The notes beneath the pieces are model-generated. The model searched no databases. It was given only the letters and a program-made list of their open reading frames with translations, and was not told the origin of the DNA. From a virus (lineage: Duplodnaviria; Caudoviricetes), in the IMG/VR virus record IMGVR_UViG_3300022552_000005, positions 15,805-79,804 of that record: DNA of 64,000 nt. One strand, given 5' to 3'. This document shows positions 32,001 to 40,897 of this stretch, one piece after another (position 1 is the first letter of the stretch; each line of letters opens with the position of its first letter). The position numbers and the translations under genes were made by a program.

Positions 32001-32296
32001 AGTTGCTTTTTAAGATAGTCTGGCAAAAAATCCAAATTTATATTTTGCGGACCATAAGTTATACTAACACGTTTAATCGTATCACTAAGACGTTTATAAA
32101 TCTGACTTAATTCTTTATTTGGTAATACTTGAACGGCAGTTAATCGTAACTCTCCAAGGCGAGCTTTTAATTTTTTAAGACTTACATTAGTAATCGCATA
32201 GTTGAGCGCACGACGTACCTTGTCTATCAGCGCTTTAGTCTTAACATCGCGCTCTGTAAAACGAACGCCTAGTTTAATTTCATACTGCGCCGCCAT
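26021..32296 (-). CDS. Tail tape measure protein
   Basis: 2091 aa, Ala/Leu/Lys-rich helical; TP901-type core ('ATNFARQG','LAKGFIRSGATASAFGVSIEELGAMIA','VGTAMKTI'). Confidence 0.9.
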   Translation of the reverse strand: MAAQYEIKLGVRFTERDVKTKALIDKVRRALNYAITNVSLKKLKARLGELRLTAVQVLPNKELSQIYKRLSDTIKRVSITYGPQNINLDFLPDYLKKQLSIGLREGIQQMRADIKTLMSSWRASMQKLFSKKYIISTQIQLKRGDIRAQLSAINKDIATAAAGYRLRIPVKPIISKKQFSDLKLVAKVPVEFPHKELRKAHKNLQKFMDSQPPIKLRADLTISKRIADQLRRELGLVARDAAALRKQFSHALPAKPIRRAVERLKEVRAQLAAIPTQRRLNLVLSPRDVELARYKDNLNKIYSEAGMSAAEFGAKIGQIAKRFSAFFVYTAGLFKMLEAIRQAVDGLRLLDDTAKSLAKVLPGVDTEQLTDRLVDMAIQTGRTFAEVSDAATNFARQGLKNIDEIAAATRATMQLLNISTVDAVTGSKLLITTVNAFGITFQKAAKYVAMFSDLADNSAVTVEDLAKGFIRSGATASAFGVSIEELGAMIATVAGTTQLAATRVGTAMKTILVSIAQNREEIIKLAKNTLRLAGDTEAASREYKTTSEIIELMAQAWQYMDETQRAAMARLAGGKRRFTELSALLSRSDKYHRLLAIATEASTSALRKEAIEAQTVGYAHRQLVNAIVKLVTTLKEIGAVDVYRKLILGASSLLVHIVDLGKAWDKFLTKKLALEVDTSEVEKVKTIGEMIAESIGKGVTNAASVLQLLKRTILVIFGKVFIPQIITAARHFRAFITGSETQIRALVDGFNQVTRAVEQSTIAIQQQNAALKQTGMLADALTKQRMGVAPAVAMGGVGPGVRQVRASNVAMQQMARSMQKAAGGARDFAKEVGRALVIMTALESIGNVIGTFGDEIVKTGNTLEQTGGYLLSFGGAAAKGAAFLAPLGPAAAAVGAALSTVAAVINRTSEALKAREKLATEEERTAAELVDAQAVLAKARSVEALRIGLVNKGYARLVQTFASGKLGEEFISRLALPRKVNVKLILTAGAGELARNLDKSFQSLVQISKQMQDLNTIFNRVTERTQFFRQLLSDLAKERLQVVVDFVEKNYGPVNRDLINLGALIEDITREGFTIEFTGVTETGDQTVGAIKDIGTQLAYFNDLLKFSTTQTIDFNSALEGLQSASNRAFTNFRNMVTATYGLRDAFVELPGEIDNITSVGIKALEDGLNSLQREFQETVAYMRDQATGIEEAKEALEEFAKAHPEFAKEIVKAIESSVTKIKLLDEAEKLSGEVARRAEEMKQRALEQTARRWRDMYGQLFKLLETAAIKARTTTEQFIIEVNRLQSALMLRDIELGIQNLDAVIRAQDDLAQATAVTFAKIAKIDADFAEKRAKLIDFQKEKIEELKQKLGEAATPYVQAFELQLKATVALEFKKSVEQQINALYDLIIKNIQRAKKAEQDRRQAERAIEQERKRLTREIESINIRKLGDLSSKINTTADKIAGLRNSLLDLDKTIAKLQAQIAWTPPPRLAKKVARLPELETKAKQLREEIALVRAFEEHNQRIREINDATINLNYENQKYLIGIKRQLGIYRTWQDQIDAITASYDAAVNGIAASEEAIYRIRADLNQQIINVLQDQFNSIKRFGEGLYTANYSRLAKIALAMQYINRDLSEVPLFLRDTVVELLKLQRGPGIEIEIAKAGLERIGIDTTALERLNEEIIRKSAEVADLNKKAFDAQQRTANSTGMMVNLLEQELSQTEKQIQEAQQAREKIDELRQAAFNQEQTLEQQLSEALERRKLLQAQLNQQLSFQANLQNQFMQLYNVLQEGSASAKFQAGKIAENTVGVTAVQSKMDEVTLAVLKSAETVAENKKIIEQSNAIIADSKKTVEELHDRIESLKQALIEKQAELISLQNTLIGTNQDITNTIADGTNVLLKSISTSVDFIRQNLPGWISKLITAINNVRIRIYRVAGTQTRAGGLSPAELFSLKMAAEREKREMPRGSELVVANTSELILTKDQAKKIFGQLNLPDKLQNTMAQVVNAPIRKEIIKEKTIETTDFRSLINRVEQLIEKINNKVKEKPEQKINISLDGRREIHISGINELSSEIERIWQRNMKQAVSRAEFTALKSTLLNILQRLKEMGVDGV

Positions 32297-32301
32297 TTAT
32301 T

Positions 32302-33009
32302 TTATTCTTTCTTTTTTCTTCGTCGTTTGCGCGGTTTTTTGGCTTCTTTAGCTTCAGTTCCAATTGCATCAGCGACAATTTCTTTATAATATTTATCGGT
32401 CAAATCATCTTCGTTATTCAAATAACCATGTTCACGCAACCATCTCCGTTCAGCAAAATCTGGGCGGGTATCTTCCTCCTTCAATCCAGCATTAGCTAAC
32501 AATGCGTACCCATAACAAGTAGCCGTAAAAGTGGTATCTGGATGATTAACGAAATCAGCGCGTGAATTAAAAATACGCTGGTTATTTTCATCTACCGTAC
32601 ACTCAACAGCAAATTGAATTGTGCGAGCTTCATCGGCGTATCCCTCGGCGGTTTGCGAAGAAAAAAGCCGCGTTTTATGAGTAATCAAATCGAGCAGTTT
32701 ATTTCGCAGTTGCATAATCTTGAAAGCAAGTTCTTTGCCCTTCTTTTCATCCTCCTCTTTCTCAAGTTCAAGCTCAGCAGTAACAATTTGCACTTGAAGC
32801 TCTCTAACTTTTTGTTCTTGTTCATCTCCCCAAACACCAGTTTTTTCAAAAATTTGTTTAGCTTCAAGCTCAGTCATAATGCCATTTCTAACTGCCTCTG
32901 CGAATGCGCGTCGATATTCAAGGTCAATTCTTAAAAGCTGGTCTTGTGTAGGATTAAGAATAAAATACTTTTTACCTTCATACGTGAACTCAATCAATTT
33001 CTTTGTCAT
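32302..33009 (-). CDS. Putative tail assembly chaperone
   Basis: Coiled-coil acidic protein directly upstream of the tape measure; similar 'EAE..IFEKTGVW.DE.E' block to 33292-34350. Confidence 0.45.
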   Translation of the reverse strand: MTKKLIEFTYEGKKYFILNPTQDQLLRIDLEYRRAFAEAVRNGIMTELEAKQIFEKTGVWGDEQEQKVRELQVQIVTAELELEKEEDEKKGKELAFKIMQLRNKLLDLITHKTRLFSSQTAEGYADEARTIQFAVECTVDENNQRIFNSRADFVNHPDTTFTATCYGYALLANAGLKEEDTRPDFAERRWLREHGYLNNEDDLTDKYYKEIVADAIGTEAKEAKKPRKRRRKKKE

Positions 33010-33331
33010 GACCTTTCACCTCGCCTTTGCCCTGAAAATTAAACGTTTCTTTGTCCGGAATATATTCAACATTAAATTTCTCTAAATATTGATGAGCCTC
33101 ACGAATAGCATCATTGCCAATACGCAAAATTTCCGCTCGTAAACCAGGATAAGAGGGAAAGTTTTTGCCTAGGCGGGTTTCGATTGCCCTCAAAGCTCCT
33201 ACAAAAACGGATTTGATGCCATTATAAATTAAAAGCCGAAGGTAATCCTTCGACTTATTAAAATAAGGCTCATCTCTATGATTAATATTTTTTAAACGCC
33301 TTTGAGAATGTCGCCTTTCCTTAGATCCCAT
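32990..33331 (-). CDS. Hypothetical protein
   Basis: 113-aa ORF overlapping both neighbours. Confidence 0.4.
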   Translation of the reverse strand: MGSKERRHSQRRLKNINHRDEPYFNKSKDYLRLLIYNGIKSVFVGALRAIETRLGKNFPSYPGLRAEILRIGNDAIREAHQYLEKFNVEYIPDKETFNFQGKGEVKGHDKEID

Positions 33332-34350
33332 TCACTTACCGTGCCTTTGCCTTTAATAATATTCCGTTCATGACGCAATTTAGCACGCGTTAAAGGATCA
33401 TTTTGTGATTGAATCTCATCAATAAGCGTCGGATCATTATCGCAAAACACAAAAGTTTCAACCGTCCCGTATTTTTGTTTTTTATCTACGGGAGACACGA
33501 CATTCTTTCTACTATTTAATACGTTTCTGTTATTACGCTTACGAGTTTCGTTACGTACCCAAGCATCCAGTGCCTCATCATTATCAATCAAATGATGAGG
33601 GCACTCTGGATGTTCAAAAACCCAATCATAATATAAACTCCAAAAAATCAAATTATTCTGCACATCGCCCCATTCTGCGGCAGGTTTACCAAAAAGATCT
33701 GCTCCATTTTTAGTGGAATTCCAACGATAACGCCACATATTAGAGCGAGCAATTTTTCTGACAGTTCTTTCGTCAAGAACAAAACGATCATTATAAGCAC
33801 TTACCACGTTATTAATAAATATTATATCATCAAAATTATTAAATTCTTCTTCTGTCCAAAACGGCGTACTGTCTAATTTAAATAAACAATAAAAGGCTGT
33901 TTGGCGAAACTTGACAGTCAGCGCACGATTTTCCAGGCTATTAGCAAAAAGATCCCATTTTCGTTGAAGCAAATCATTTAATTCTCGTTCAGTCCGACGA
34001 ATTTGGCGTTCGATATTTTTATACTTGACTCGTTGGTACTTAAAATCTGGCAAAATATTTTTTAATTTTTTAATTCCATTTTGTAGAACAACAACTCTTT
34101 CTTCGTCTTTATCAGTCCAAATCTCACGCTCGGCATAAATTTTTCTAAGTTCTGCCTCGCTAATAAGTCCAAGCTTGGCTCCTTGCACAAGTTCGCGCTG
34201 ATACATGTAATTAATATAATTCTGCTGCCGACCACTTAGAATCTTTATAATACAAGTATGAATATTACCATTGCCATCAGAAATATCAACAATCGCTTCC
34301 CCCAATAATATTTCGAGAATATGCTGTTCGATCTCTTGATAGTCGTCCAT
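33292..34350 (-). CDS. Putative tail assembly chaperone
   Basis: Between tail tube and tape measure; coiled-coil segment; C-terminal 'HPECP...IDNDEALDAW'. Confidence 0.45.
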   Translation of the reverse strand: MDDYQEIEQHILEILLGEAIVDISDGNGNIHTCIIKILSGRQQNYINYMYQRELVQGAKLGLISEAELRKIYAEREIWTDKDEERVVVLQNGIKKLKNILPDFKYQRVKYKNIERQIRRTERELNDLLQRKWDLFANSLENRALTVKFRQTAFYCLFKLDSTPFWTEEEFNNFDDIIFINNVVSAYNDRFVLDERTVRKIARSNMWRYRWNSTKNGADLFGKPAAEWGDVQNNLIFWSLYYDWVFEHPECPHHLIDNDEALDAWVRNETRKRNNRNVLNSRKNVVSPVDKKQKYGTVETFVFCDNDPTLIDEIQSQNDPLTRAKLRHERNIIKGKGTVSEWDLRKGDILKGV

Positions 34351-34354
34351 TTTT

Positions 34355-34392
34355 GAGAAAAAGAAAGGGGGCCTCTGTTATTCAGAGGCCCC
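34355..34392 (-). terminator. Intrinsic terminator after tail tube gene
   Basis: Perfect 10-bp stem GGGGCCTCTG/CAGAGGCCCC, 5-nt loop, followed on the minus strand by CTTTCTTTTT. Confidence 0.85.
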
Positions 34393-34407
34393 GGTGGAAA
34401 TCAAATA

Positions 34408-35622
34408 TTACGGGTTCTTAGCCTGCCTGGTGGCTGTGTGAGTTACGGTAAAGGCATTGCTGTTAGTATATTCAAAAGTGCATTCAACAGAATCGCCACC
34501 CGTGGTGAAATCACCCAAACTAACGCTGCTGAGCTTATTCTTGGTGCCAAGATCAATGGTCAAGCCGCCCAGCGTGCGTAGAATAATCTGCTGGTTGGTC
34601 AAATTGCTCTGATTGGCAAGAGCATTAACCTTATCGCCCTCAGACGTAATAACCGTGAAAGTGGTAGTTACAGTAAGTGGGAAACTGACCGCCCAGTAGT
34701 ATGGATCACGACTACCGAGCTCGTAAATCTCTTCACGCCCGATATCAACGCTGACCTCAATGCTCTGAATGTGGTCATCGCTGCTAATATCGGTCGGAAG
34801 AACTGAATTCGCCCGGTCAAAGTCCTCACTCCGCTGAACGCCCGAACCAACAACAGTAGCGTCATAAGCCTCGGAAGTCGGGAAATAACCAGACGGTACC
34901 ACTGAAGAAGTTGCGCTTACCCACAGCTTGTTATTACCAACGAGCGTCACAGACTCACGAGCGTTCTCGGTAGCAGAAAAGCTATAAGAAACAGCGCTCA
35001 CATAAAGACCACTACAAATCACCACAGAATCCGGCGTTCCACGAGCAGAATCTTGGGTATCCGGATAGATATTAACTGCAACATCAACTTTATAATCGGC
35101 AGTTTTACCTTTCAGATCAGTATAGCGCGGATCGCCCACCATCAGCCAAAGTGGCATAGTTCCGTCAAGTACGCGCTCCATCGTAACTTCAATATTAGGA
35201 AGGGTCTCAATGTTTTCGTATGAGCCGAGCTGACCAATCTGGAAAATATCCTCGGTATTGAAAGCGGTACTAATCGAGCAGGTCTGCATGCCCATAGGAA
35301 CGTACCAACCGTTTAGATCAGCCGCCGCTCCACTGGCATGCGTCGCCGCCGTAGTCCCGCGATCACCGCGAGTTAGCCCGCCCACTGTGTACTGATCAAG
35401 AAAAGTAGTAAAATAAATATACTCATCGCCAACCCGGAACTGATGAGGCACCGGCCAAACACCACTGACTACCTCGTTAAAACGAATTTCACCGTCGGTA
35501 GCACTAATACCGGACGCCAGCGTAAGTTGCGGATACCAATTTTCAATGACCGTGGTGGGGCGCTTTTTAGTGTCCTTAATGGACACCTGCGCGGTCGCGT
35601 ATGTAATTCGATTATTAGCCAT
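34408..35622 (-). CDS. Major tail tube protein with inserted accessory domain
   Basis: 'GMQTCSIST.FNTE.IFQIGQL','IEVTMER','IGREEIYELG','VTTTF' tube-like pattern; RBS GGAGGTG; GC-richer codon use; flanked by promoter motif and terminator. Confidence 0.75.
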   Translation of the reverse strand: MANNRITYATAQVSIKDTKKRPTTVIENWYPQLTLASGISATDGEIRFNEVVSGVWPVPHQFRVGDEYIYFTTFLDQYTVGGLTRGDRGTTAATHASGAAADLNGWYVPMGMQTCSISTAFNTEDIFQIGQLGSYENIETLPNIEVTMERVLDGTMPLWLMVGDPRYTDLKGKTADYKVDVAVNIYPDTQDSARGTPDSVVICSGLYVSAVSYSFSATENARESVTLVGNNKLWVSATSSVVPSGYFPTSEAYDATVVGSGVQRSEDFDRANSVLPTDISSDDHIQSIEVSVDIGREEIYELGSRDPYYWAVSFPLTVTTTFTVITSEGDKVNALANQSNLTNQQIILRTLGGLTIDLGTKNKLSSVSLGDFTTGGDSVECTFEYTNSNAFTVTHTATRQAKNP

Positions 35623-35674
35623 TCATCACCTCCAACTATATTATCTTCGCGCGTGAGATAAGGCTTCACATAAG

Positions 35675-35686
35675 TTAATACGTTTT
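35675..35686 (-). promoter_or_regulatory. Candidate late promoter motif AAAACGTATTAA
   Basis: Intergenic, about 50 nt upstream of the tail tube start; identical to 7099-7110. Confidence 0.5.
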
Positions 35687-35689
35687 TGT

Positions 35690-36562
35690 TTAATCCCGCA
35701 AATATACGCTCAACTGAGCATCAATACGACCTCTATAAATATTATTTAATAAATCTCGCTCCCGGATAACTAATTCATCGATATATATATTAGTCCAAAA
35801 ATGGTCACTCTGTAACTGGGTGTAATTTTTATAAGTAGAGGAATAATCGCCCTCAAATGTCATAATTTCAGGAACTGAATTATAATCCACTGCTTTAATA
35901 ACTTCCCTGGCTTGCCCAAAAATAACGTCTATAATCGCGTCTCTCTCGTAATCGCGAGCAGCAAAAACGAAAAACGAAATATATTCCTTAATAATCTTAC
36001 CACCGCCAATCTGGCGCGGGAAATGGTTTCTCGTGGTTGGTTCAATAATAACAACCGGCAAAATGCGTTCCAGTCCAGATGGATAAATAATACTCTCGCT
36101 ACTGCTATATGGCGCATTAGTTAAAAACCTACTCATTAATATATTAAAAGTATGTGAATCAACAAAATCAACCTTAACATCTTTATAACTATATTCTGCC
36201 TCAACTGTAGCATCTTGAGGCGGTGGATTTCTAAAAATATAACGCCCCCTCAGGTAGTCGGGAGAAGGGTAATAGGGATGCGAATTGTTAGCATGGAATG
36301 AACCATTGATCCATACGCCGCTGACGGGGAGTATAGGAGAGGGGAACCCCGAGGGGGCGCTTATGTCCGTCTCATAAACCCATTCATTTGCTATAGATTC
36401 ATAATAAATTCCTTCTACCCTACGAAGATTTGCCAACGATGTTTCGTCATAGAAATCGATATTACGAGTTACATTAGTATAAAAGCCATTATCTAAAAAT
36501 AATTTTTCACAATATTGCTTCAGATTATAACGAATATTTGATGTAAATCCAATGCCAATCAT
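35690..36562 (-). CDS. Putative tail terminator/completion protein
   Basis: Position just upstream of the tube; 'LPVVIIE','ISFFVFAARDYERDAI.D.I' resembles tail terminator proteins. Confidence 0.5.
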   Translation of the reverse strand: MIGIGFTSNIRYNLKQYCEKLFLDNGFYTNVTRNIDFYDETSLANLRRVEGIYYESIANEWVYETDISAPSGFPSPILPVSGVWINGSFHANNSHPYYPSPDYLRGRYIFRNPPPQDATVEAEYSYKDVKVDFVDSHTFNILMSRFLTNAPYSSSESIIYPSGLERILPVVIIEPTTRNHFPRQIGGGKIIKEYISFFVFAARDYERDAIIDVIFGQAREVIKAVDYNSVPEIMTFEGDYSSTYKNYTQLQSDHFWTNIYIDELVIRERDLLNNIYRGRIDAQLSVYLRD

Positions 36563-36565
36563 ATT

Positions 36566-37249
36566 TTATCCGATAAATTTAACTCTTAACCAACGCCGTT
36601 GTGCAGGCGGGAGAATTCCCTTTGCCTCCTCAAATTTCATACGGAAAACATAAGTGGGGGGAAAAATAAAATTGCTCGTTTTACTCTTAGTCATAATACC
36701 ATAACCACTTCGACTATAAGCCAATCCATGACGAACATAAACATAATGAAAAACATCAAAGCCATATTCTATCAAACTAACCCAAGAAACTTTTTTCCGT
36801 CCATCGTGATAAACTGCGAATTGTGATTCAGCAAACTTATTAAAATCAAAAACCAATAACCCGCGGTAACCGCGTTTTGTTTTATTCCAAGTAAGCTGTA
36901 CAAATCCAGAATTTATAGTAATCGCTTTGATAAGATTATCAACCAAATGAATGTCAGGCAAACCAATTGCGCCTAAAAGCGGCGTACTATAAACATTCGC
37001 AGCCGAATAACCAGTTTTAGCACTGCCAGGCGCAGGAATATGCAAATTGCGAATAATCGCCGAATGCTCAAGTAATTTCCGATAAACCATTAAGAATTTG
37101 GAAGCGATACTCCGAATTCTGTTAATCTGCTGTAAAACATCTGTGCGTTTAATCCGCTTTGGTTTATAACTTTCAAGAATTTTAGTTAAAGTATCTTTGA
37201 ATGCCTTATCTAAAATCGTGTCGCCATCTTTAGTAAAAACTGGCTGCAT
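36566..37249 (-). CDS. Putative neck/tail completion protein
   Basis: Basic 227-aa ORF at the HK97 gp10-like position. Confidence 0.4.
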   Translation of the reverse strand: MQPVFTKDGDTILDKAFKDTLTKILESYKPKRIKRTDVLQQINRIRSIASKFLMVYRKLLEHSAIIRNLHIPAPGSAKTGYSAANVYSTPLLGAIGLPDIHLVDNLIKAITINSGFVQLTWNKTKRGYRGLLVFDFNKFAESQFAVYHDGRKKVSWVSLIEYGFDVFHYVYVRHGLAYSRSGYGIMTKSKTSNFIFPPTYVFRMKFEEAKGILPPAQRRWLRVKFIG

Positions 37250-37250
37250 T

Positions 37251-37796
37251 TTACGTTACTCGCTTCCAAAATACATTGATAAATTTCAAATCTTCCGGGT
37301 TATTACCTAGTCCAATTTTTACAGGTTCGCTCAAACGCTCGTAATCAAGCCCATCTATCGTCGCACGAATGCAATTATTAACATCGTCCCATGCTTCAAC
37401 CAAAAACTTAGTCAAAACTACATTCTCAGGAGAAACGCCATAAAATTCGTAATCATAATCTCTTGGACGCTTGACAATAGTCGCATGCCAGGTGCTTTGG
37501 CGAGGAATATGGATTATATGTGTCCCACGGCAAACAGGACAGCGTTGTCCATCGGCAAATGGTACATTATACGGCGGACCAGAAAATGGATTAGAGCTAT
37601 TATATTTGTAAAGCCCCCTTCCGCCAACTGACAGATATTTACAATTTGGACAACCGCTTTCTATTGGTGGCAAATGCAACGTTACTTCGCGCCCAAGATC
37701 GCTGATGAGCTGAGAAATTGCGTCTGCATAAAGTTCTTTTAAATTATTGGTTAAATATTTGCCAGGATCAGGGAGAATACTATCATCTCGCGCCAT
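37251..37796 (-). CDS. Putative head closure protein with two CxxC motifs
   Basis: Gene order; 'CPNC' and 'CPVC'; 'ATIDGLDYE' closure-like strands. Confidence 0.45.
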   Translation of the reverse strand: MARDDSILPDPGKYLTNNLKELYADAISQLISDLGREVTLHLPPIESGCPNCKYLSVGGRGLYKYNSSNPFSGPPYNVPFADGQRCPVCRGTHIIHIPRQSTWHATIVKRPRDYDYEFYGVSPENVVLTKFLVEAWDDVNNCIRATIDGLDYERLSEPVKIGLGNNPEDLKFINVFWKRVT

Positions 37797-37797
37797 T

Positions 37798-38313
37798 TTA
37801 ATATCTATCTACATCAAAACCGCTGCGAAAATTCTGTGTACTATTATCAGGATCTTCGTCATTCCAATATTCTTTTTGATCTTCATACCAAATTAATGCA
37901 CCATAATCCGAAACATTGCTTTCTGCTAAAGTTTTTTTGTAATCCTCTAAGGCTTTTTCTAATTCGCCACAAACAGATTCAACATTATCATCATAACCAC
38001 CAAATGATGCTGTAGTGTCAACTTCGTCAGTCCCACTACGAATCCGAATACCGCGACTAACAGCTTCAAAACGCAACTTCTTAGCTATTAAACATTCTGC
38101 CTGCAAAATTATCAAATCTAACAAAGCTTCGCCATCATCAACATTAATATTATCATTATCATTTTCTACAAGTTTATTACTGCCAGTTAAGTTTAATTTT
38201 CTATTAAGTCTCACAATTGCCTTATGAACAAAGCTGCGAATATCGTCCCTGGTCAGATTAACCGAACCAACGTCAGTTAAAATATAATCGATAATTTTAT
38301 CAGTCGGAACCAT
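37798..38313 (-). CDS. Putative head-tail adaptor
   Basis: Helical, acidic, 171 aa; first gene of the neck block. Confidence 0.45.
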   Translation of the reverse strand: MVPTDKIIDYILTDVGSVNLTRDDIRSFVHKAIVRLNRKLNLTGSNKLVENDNDNINVDDGEALLDLIILQAECLIAKKLRFEAVSRGIRIRSGTDEVDTTASFGGYDDNVESVCGELEKALEDYKKTLAESNVSDYGALIWYEDQKEYWNDEDPDNSTQNFRSGFDVDRY

Positions 38314-38318
38314 GGTTT

Positions 38319-40895
38319 TTACCTTATAAACACTCCCTTATAAAAACCACTGCTAGAAACAAAAACACGTAATGTGTTTTCATCAATAGCTTCTAAAGAA
38401 TCAAAACTAACACTCTTATCAGTTTCACTATTATATAACTGCACCATTACATATTTGTGTCCAAGATTGTGTGTTACATCAGTATAATATAACGAGCCAG
38501 ATGGCTGCCAACTATTAAGGGTTGCCTCAACAACATTTGCTGCATTTTGAGCTACGGAATAAACAGCGCTATCTAATATCGACAACCCAGAAGCTAAACC
38601 AATTCCATCATTCAAATAATTATGCGATAAATAAGTTGGCGTATAGTGCCTACTTACTTCACCAGATGCCGTCAAACCAACGTAGGTCCGGAGCTGACTA
38701 ATCTTACTCGCATTAACAATAGCACGTCGCCGAGCTTCATTTCCAATCTGATAAGCAAGATCGCTACGACTTAAGAAAAGATCATCGAGAGACCAGGCAT
38801 AAATACGAGAATAACCATCGTTATGACGATAACATAAATAAATATTCTTATTATTAAGTATCATTGTGTTGCGATAATCACTAGCTGTATCTGCTGGCGG
38901 TGTAGTATTATATGTATAAAAATCAGACATTGTATTTACATTGAAAGTATAAAAACCACAAGTAGAGGTGTTAATCTTATGCATCATCACAAAAGCTCGT
39001 TCATTCTCAATCAACATGTTTTGTAATGGATAAGTTCCCCATGCATAATAAAGCTGCGTTTTGTGTCCAGTATTCAAATCATAACACCAAATATAATCAC
39101 TATGCTGATAATACAATGTATCATTATAAACCGTAAGAGGCCAGACCCAAGTATCATTAATTGTAATTGTTTCAACGCGCGAACCATCCCACCGAGAAAC
39201 TAGCATACTACCACGCAAACCATATAAATAACTACCGTCTACACAAATCTTAAAACCAACATCAGAAGTAGCAAAATTATCAGCAACCTTTTCAACTGTT
39301 AACTGTCCACTCGGCGAATTCTCATTAATAATCCATAATGTACCATTATTATCCAATCCACACCAATAACCATTCCAATCGAGCATGCGAACGAAATAAT
39401 CTCCGCCGAGAGGCAGTTCGCTAATATCTGTCCAATCTAAATCATAACGGCAGATATAAGCCTTTGTCCCATCACTACTTCTAATACAAGCATATAGCGA
39501 ATTATTTACTGATGCGAGAGATGTAACTGAACCACTAGCAGCTGACGGCGAACGAATAACATCAAAAACAGGATCGCCAACCCCGCGCTTTGTTGGTAGG
39601 GTCTTCCCAGATAAATCAAGACGATAAACAACACCTGACTGATCTGCTCCAGCAAATAGCTCATTAGCATGTTCCGTTAAACAGCTAATTTGTCCAGCAT
39701 AATCAATTTCTGCAACCAACGTTCCAGCATCAAAGCCAGGCGCACGCGAATTATCATTAATTGTACTAAAGTAAAATGCATTCTTGCTTAATGATTCATC
39801 CTCAATATAAGCTTTCACCAAAAAGTTATCTAACGACCAAATTTTAATCACATTACCATTAAAAACACGAGCAACATATTTTCCATTTGACCGCGCGTAA
39901 CCATCCAACCATTCACTAAATGGATAAATATAACCAACATCTTCAAACTGGTGAGTATAAGCATTAAACTTATAATTTTTATAATATATAGATCTACCAA
40001 TCTTATGTACAACAAAAGAGGAAAGATTAGTTTTCTTCGATTCTACATGTCCATTATATTTAACAACAGTAATAACAGAATGTTCGATACCACTGTCGGG
40101 ATCACGTAATTTATTCCAATAATAGAAATCACCATTATGCAGCCAGTTTTCTGCCCAATAGCTGGTAAGATCGGTAGCATTTACAAAACCACTTGGCGCA
40201 GTTGTAACTAGTGTATCGCCATACTGGAAAATATCCTGAAATAGAACTCTGATAACATTATTTCTACCAAAATATAATTTATTATCACCCGGATCAATCG
40301 GACGCGATGGACGAATTCCACCACCGGCGTTGGTAAATGACCAATTTATACCATCATGACTATATGCATCTGAACGTCCGCCATCGTGACAAATTGCACC
40401 AATCATTGCATCGGTGGCAATAAGCATTTCGGGCTTACTATAAATATCTAATTCGCAAGCTTTTGTCCATCCGCTACCAGAGACATATTTAGCTACACCA
40501 CCATTACCATTAGGAATTCCCCAACCCGATCCATAAAACAAGACATACAAATCACCGCGAAAGCGACAGGCAACATTAAACTTATTACCAGCCTCGACAC
40601 TAGCAGCTGCGCCAGCCCCGGGTAATCCAATGCTTTTAATTCCATATTCTTCAGCATCACCCAAATATTCGGTTTCACCGCTATCAATATTAACTAAATA
40701 AACATAACGCCAACCACTAATAGCAATAATCTCATTGTCAAACAAGCTAATTTCCCAATCGCCTTCAGGTAAAGTTATTTCACGAACACCGCTTACCGAA
40801 AATGGAGCAATATTCACAACATCAGATAATGTTGCCAGACCATGTTCATCATACTGTGGGCGTCGTTCAAAATCATATGAACCACGTATATACAT
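38319..40895 (-). CDS. Large beta-propeller virion appendage protein
   Basis: 858 aa with repeating propeller strands; C-terminal 'SGSLYY.DVTHNLG..YV.VQ.Y' domain shared with 41970-44180. Confidence 0.5.
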   Translation of the reverse strand: MYIRGSYDFERRPQYDEHGLATLSDVVNIAPFSVSGVREITLPEGDWEISLFDNEIIAISGWRYVYLVNIDSGETEYLGDAEEYGIKSIGLPGAGAAASVEAGNKFNVACRFRGDLYVLFYGSGWGIPNGNGGVAKYVSGSGWTKACELDIYSKPEMLIATDAMIGAICHDGGRSDAYSHDGINWSFTNAGGGIRPSRPIDPGDNKLYFGRNNVIRVLFQDIFQYGDTLVTTAPSGFVNATDLTSYWAENWLHNGDFYYWNKLRDPDSGIEHSVITVVKYNGHVESKKTNLSSFVVHKIGRSIYYKNYKFNAYTHQFEDVGYIYPFSEWLDGYARSNGKYVARVFNGNVIKIWSLDNFLVKAYIEDESLSKNAFYFSTINDNSRAPGFDAGTLVAEIDYAGQISCLTEHANELFAGADQSGVVYRLDLSGKTLPTKRGVGDPVFDVIRSPSAASGSVTSLASVNNSLYACIRSSDGTKAYICRYDLDWTDISELPLGGDYFVRMLDWNGYWCGLDNNGTLWIINENSPSGQLTVEKVADNFATSDVGFKICVDGSYLYGLRGSMLVSRWDGSRVETITINDTWVWPLTVYNDTLYYQHSDYIWCYDLNTGHKTQLYYAWGTYPLQNMLIENERAFVMMHKINTSTCGFYTFNVNTMSDFYTYNTTPPADTASDYRNTMILNNKNIYLCYRHNDGYSRIYAWSLDDLFLSRSDLAYQIGNEARRRAIVNASKISQLRTYVGLTASGEVSRHYTPTYLSHNYLNDGIGLASGLSILDSAVYSVAQNAANVVEATLNSWQPSGSLYYTDVTHNLGHKYVMVQLYNSETDKSVSFDSLEAIDENTLRVFVSSSGFYKGVFIR

Positions 40896-40897
40896 TA

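Noticed and set aside
33280-33335. Possible tail-chaperone programmed frameshift (TTTAAAA at the 352-aa ORF stop)
   Set aside because: The heptamer is in the wrong frame to fuse the two ORFs by a standard -1 slip
34408-35622. Tail sheath (myovirus) interpretation
   Set aside because: No sheath or baseplate wedge motifs recognised; one tube-like gene plus a very long tape measure fits a siphovirus better
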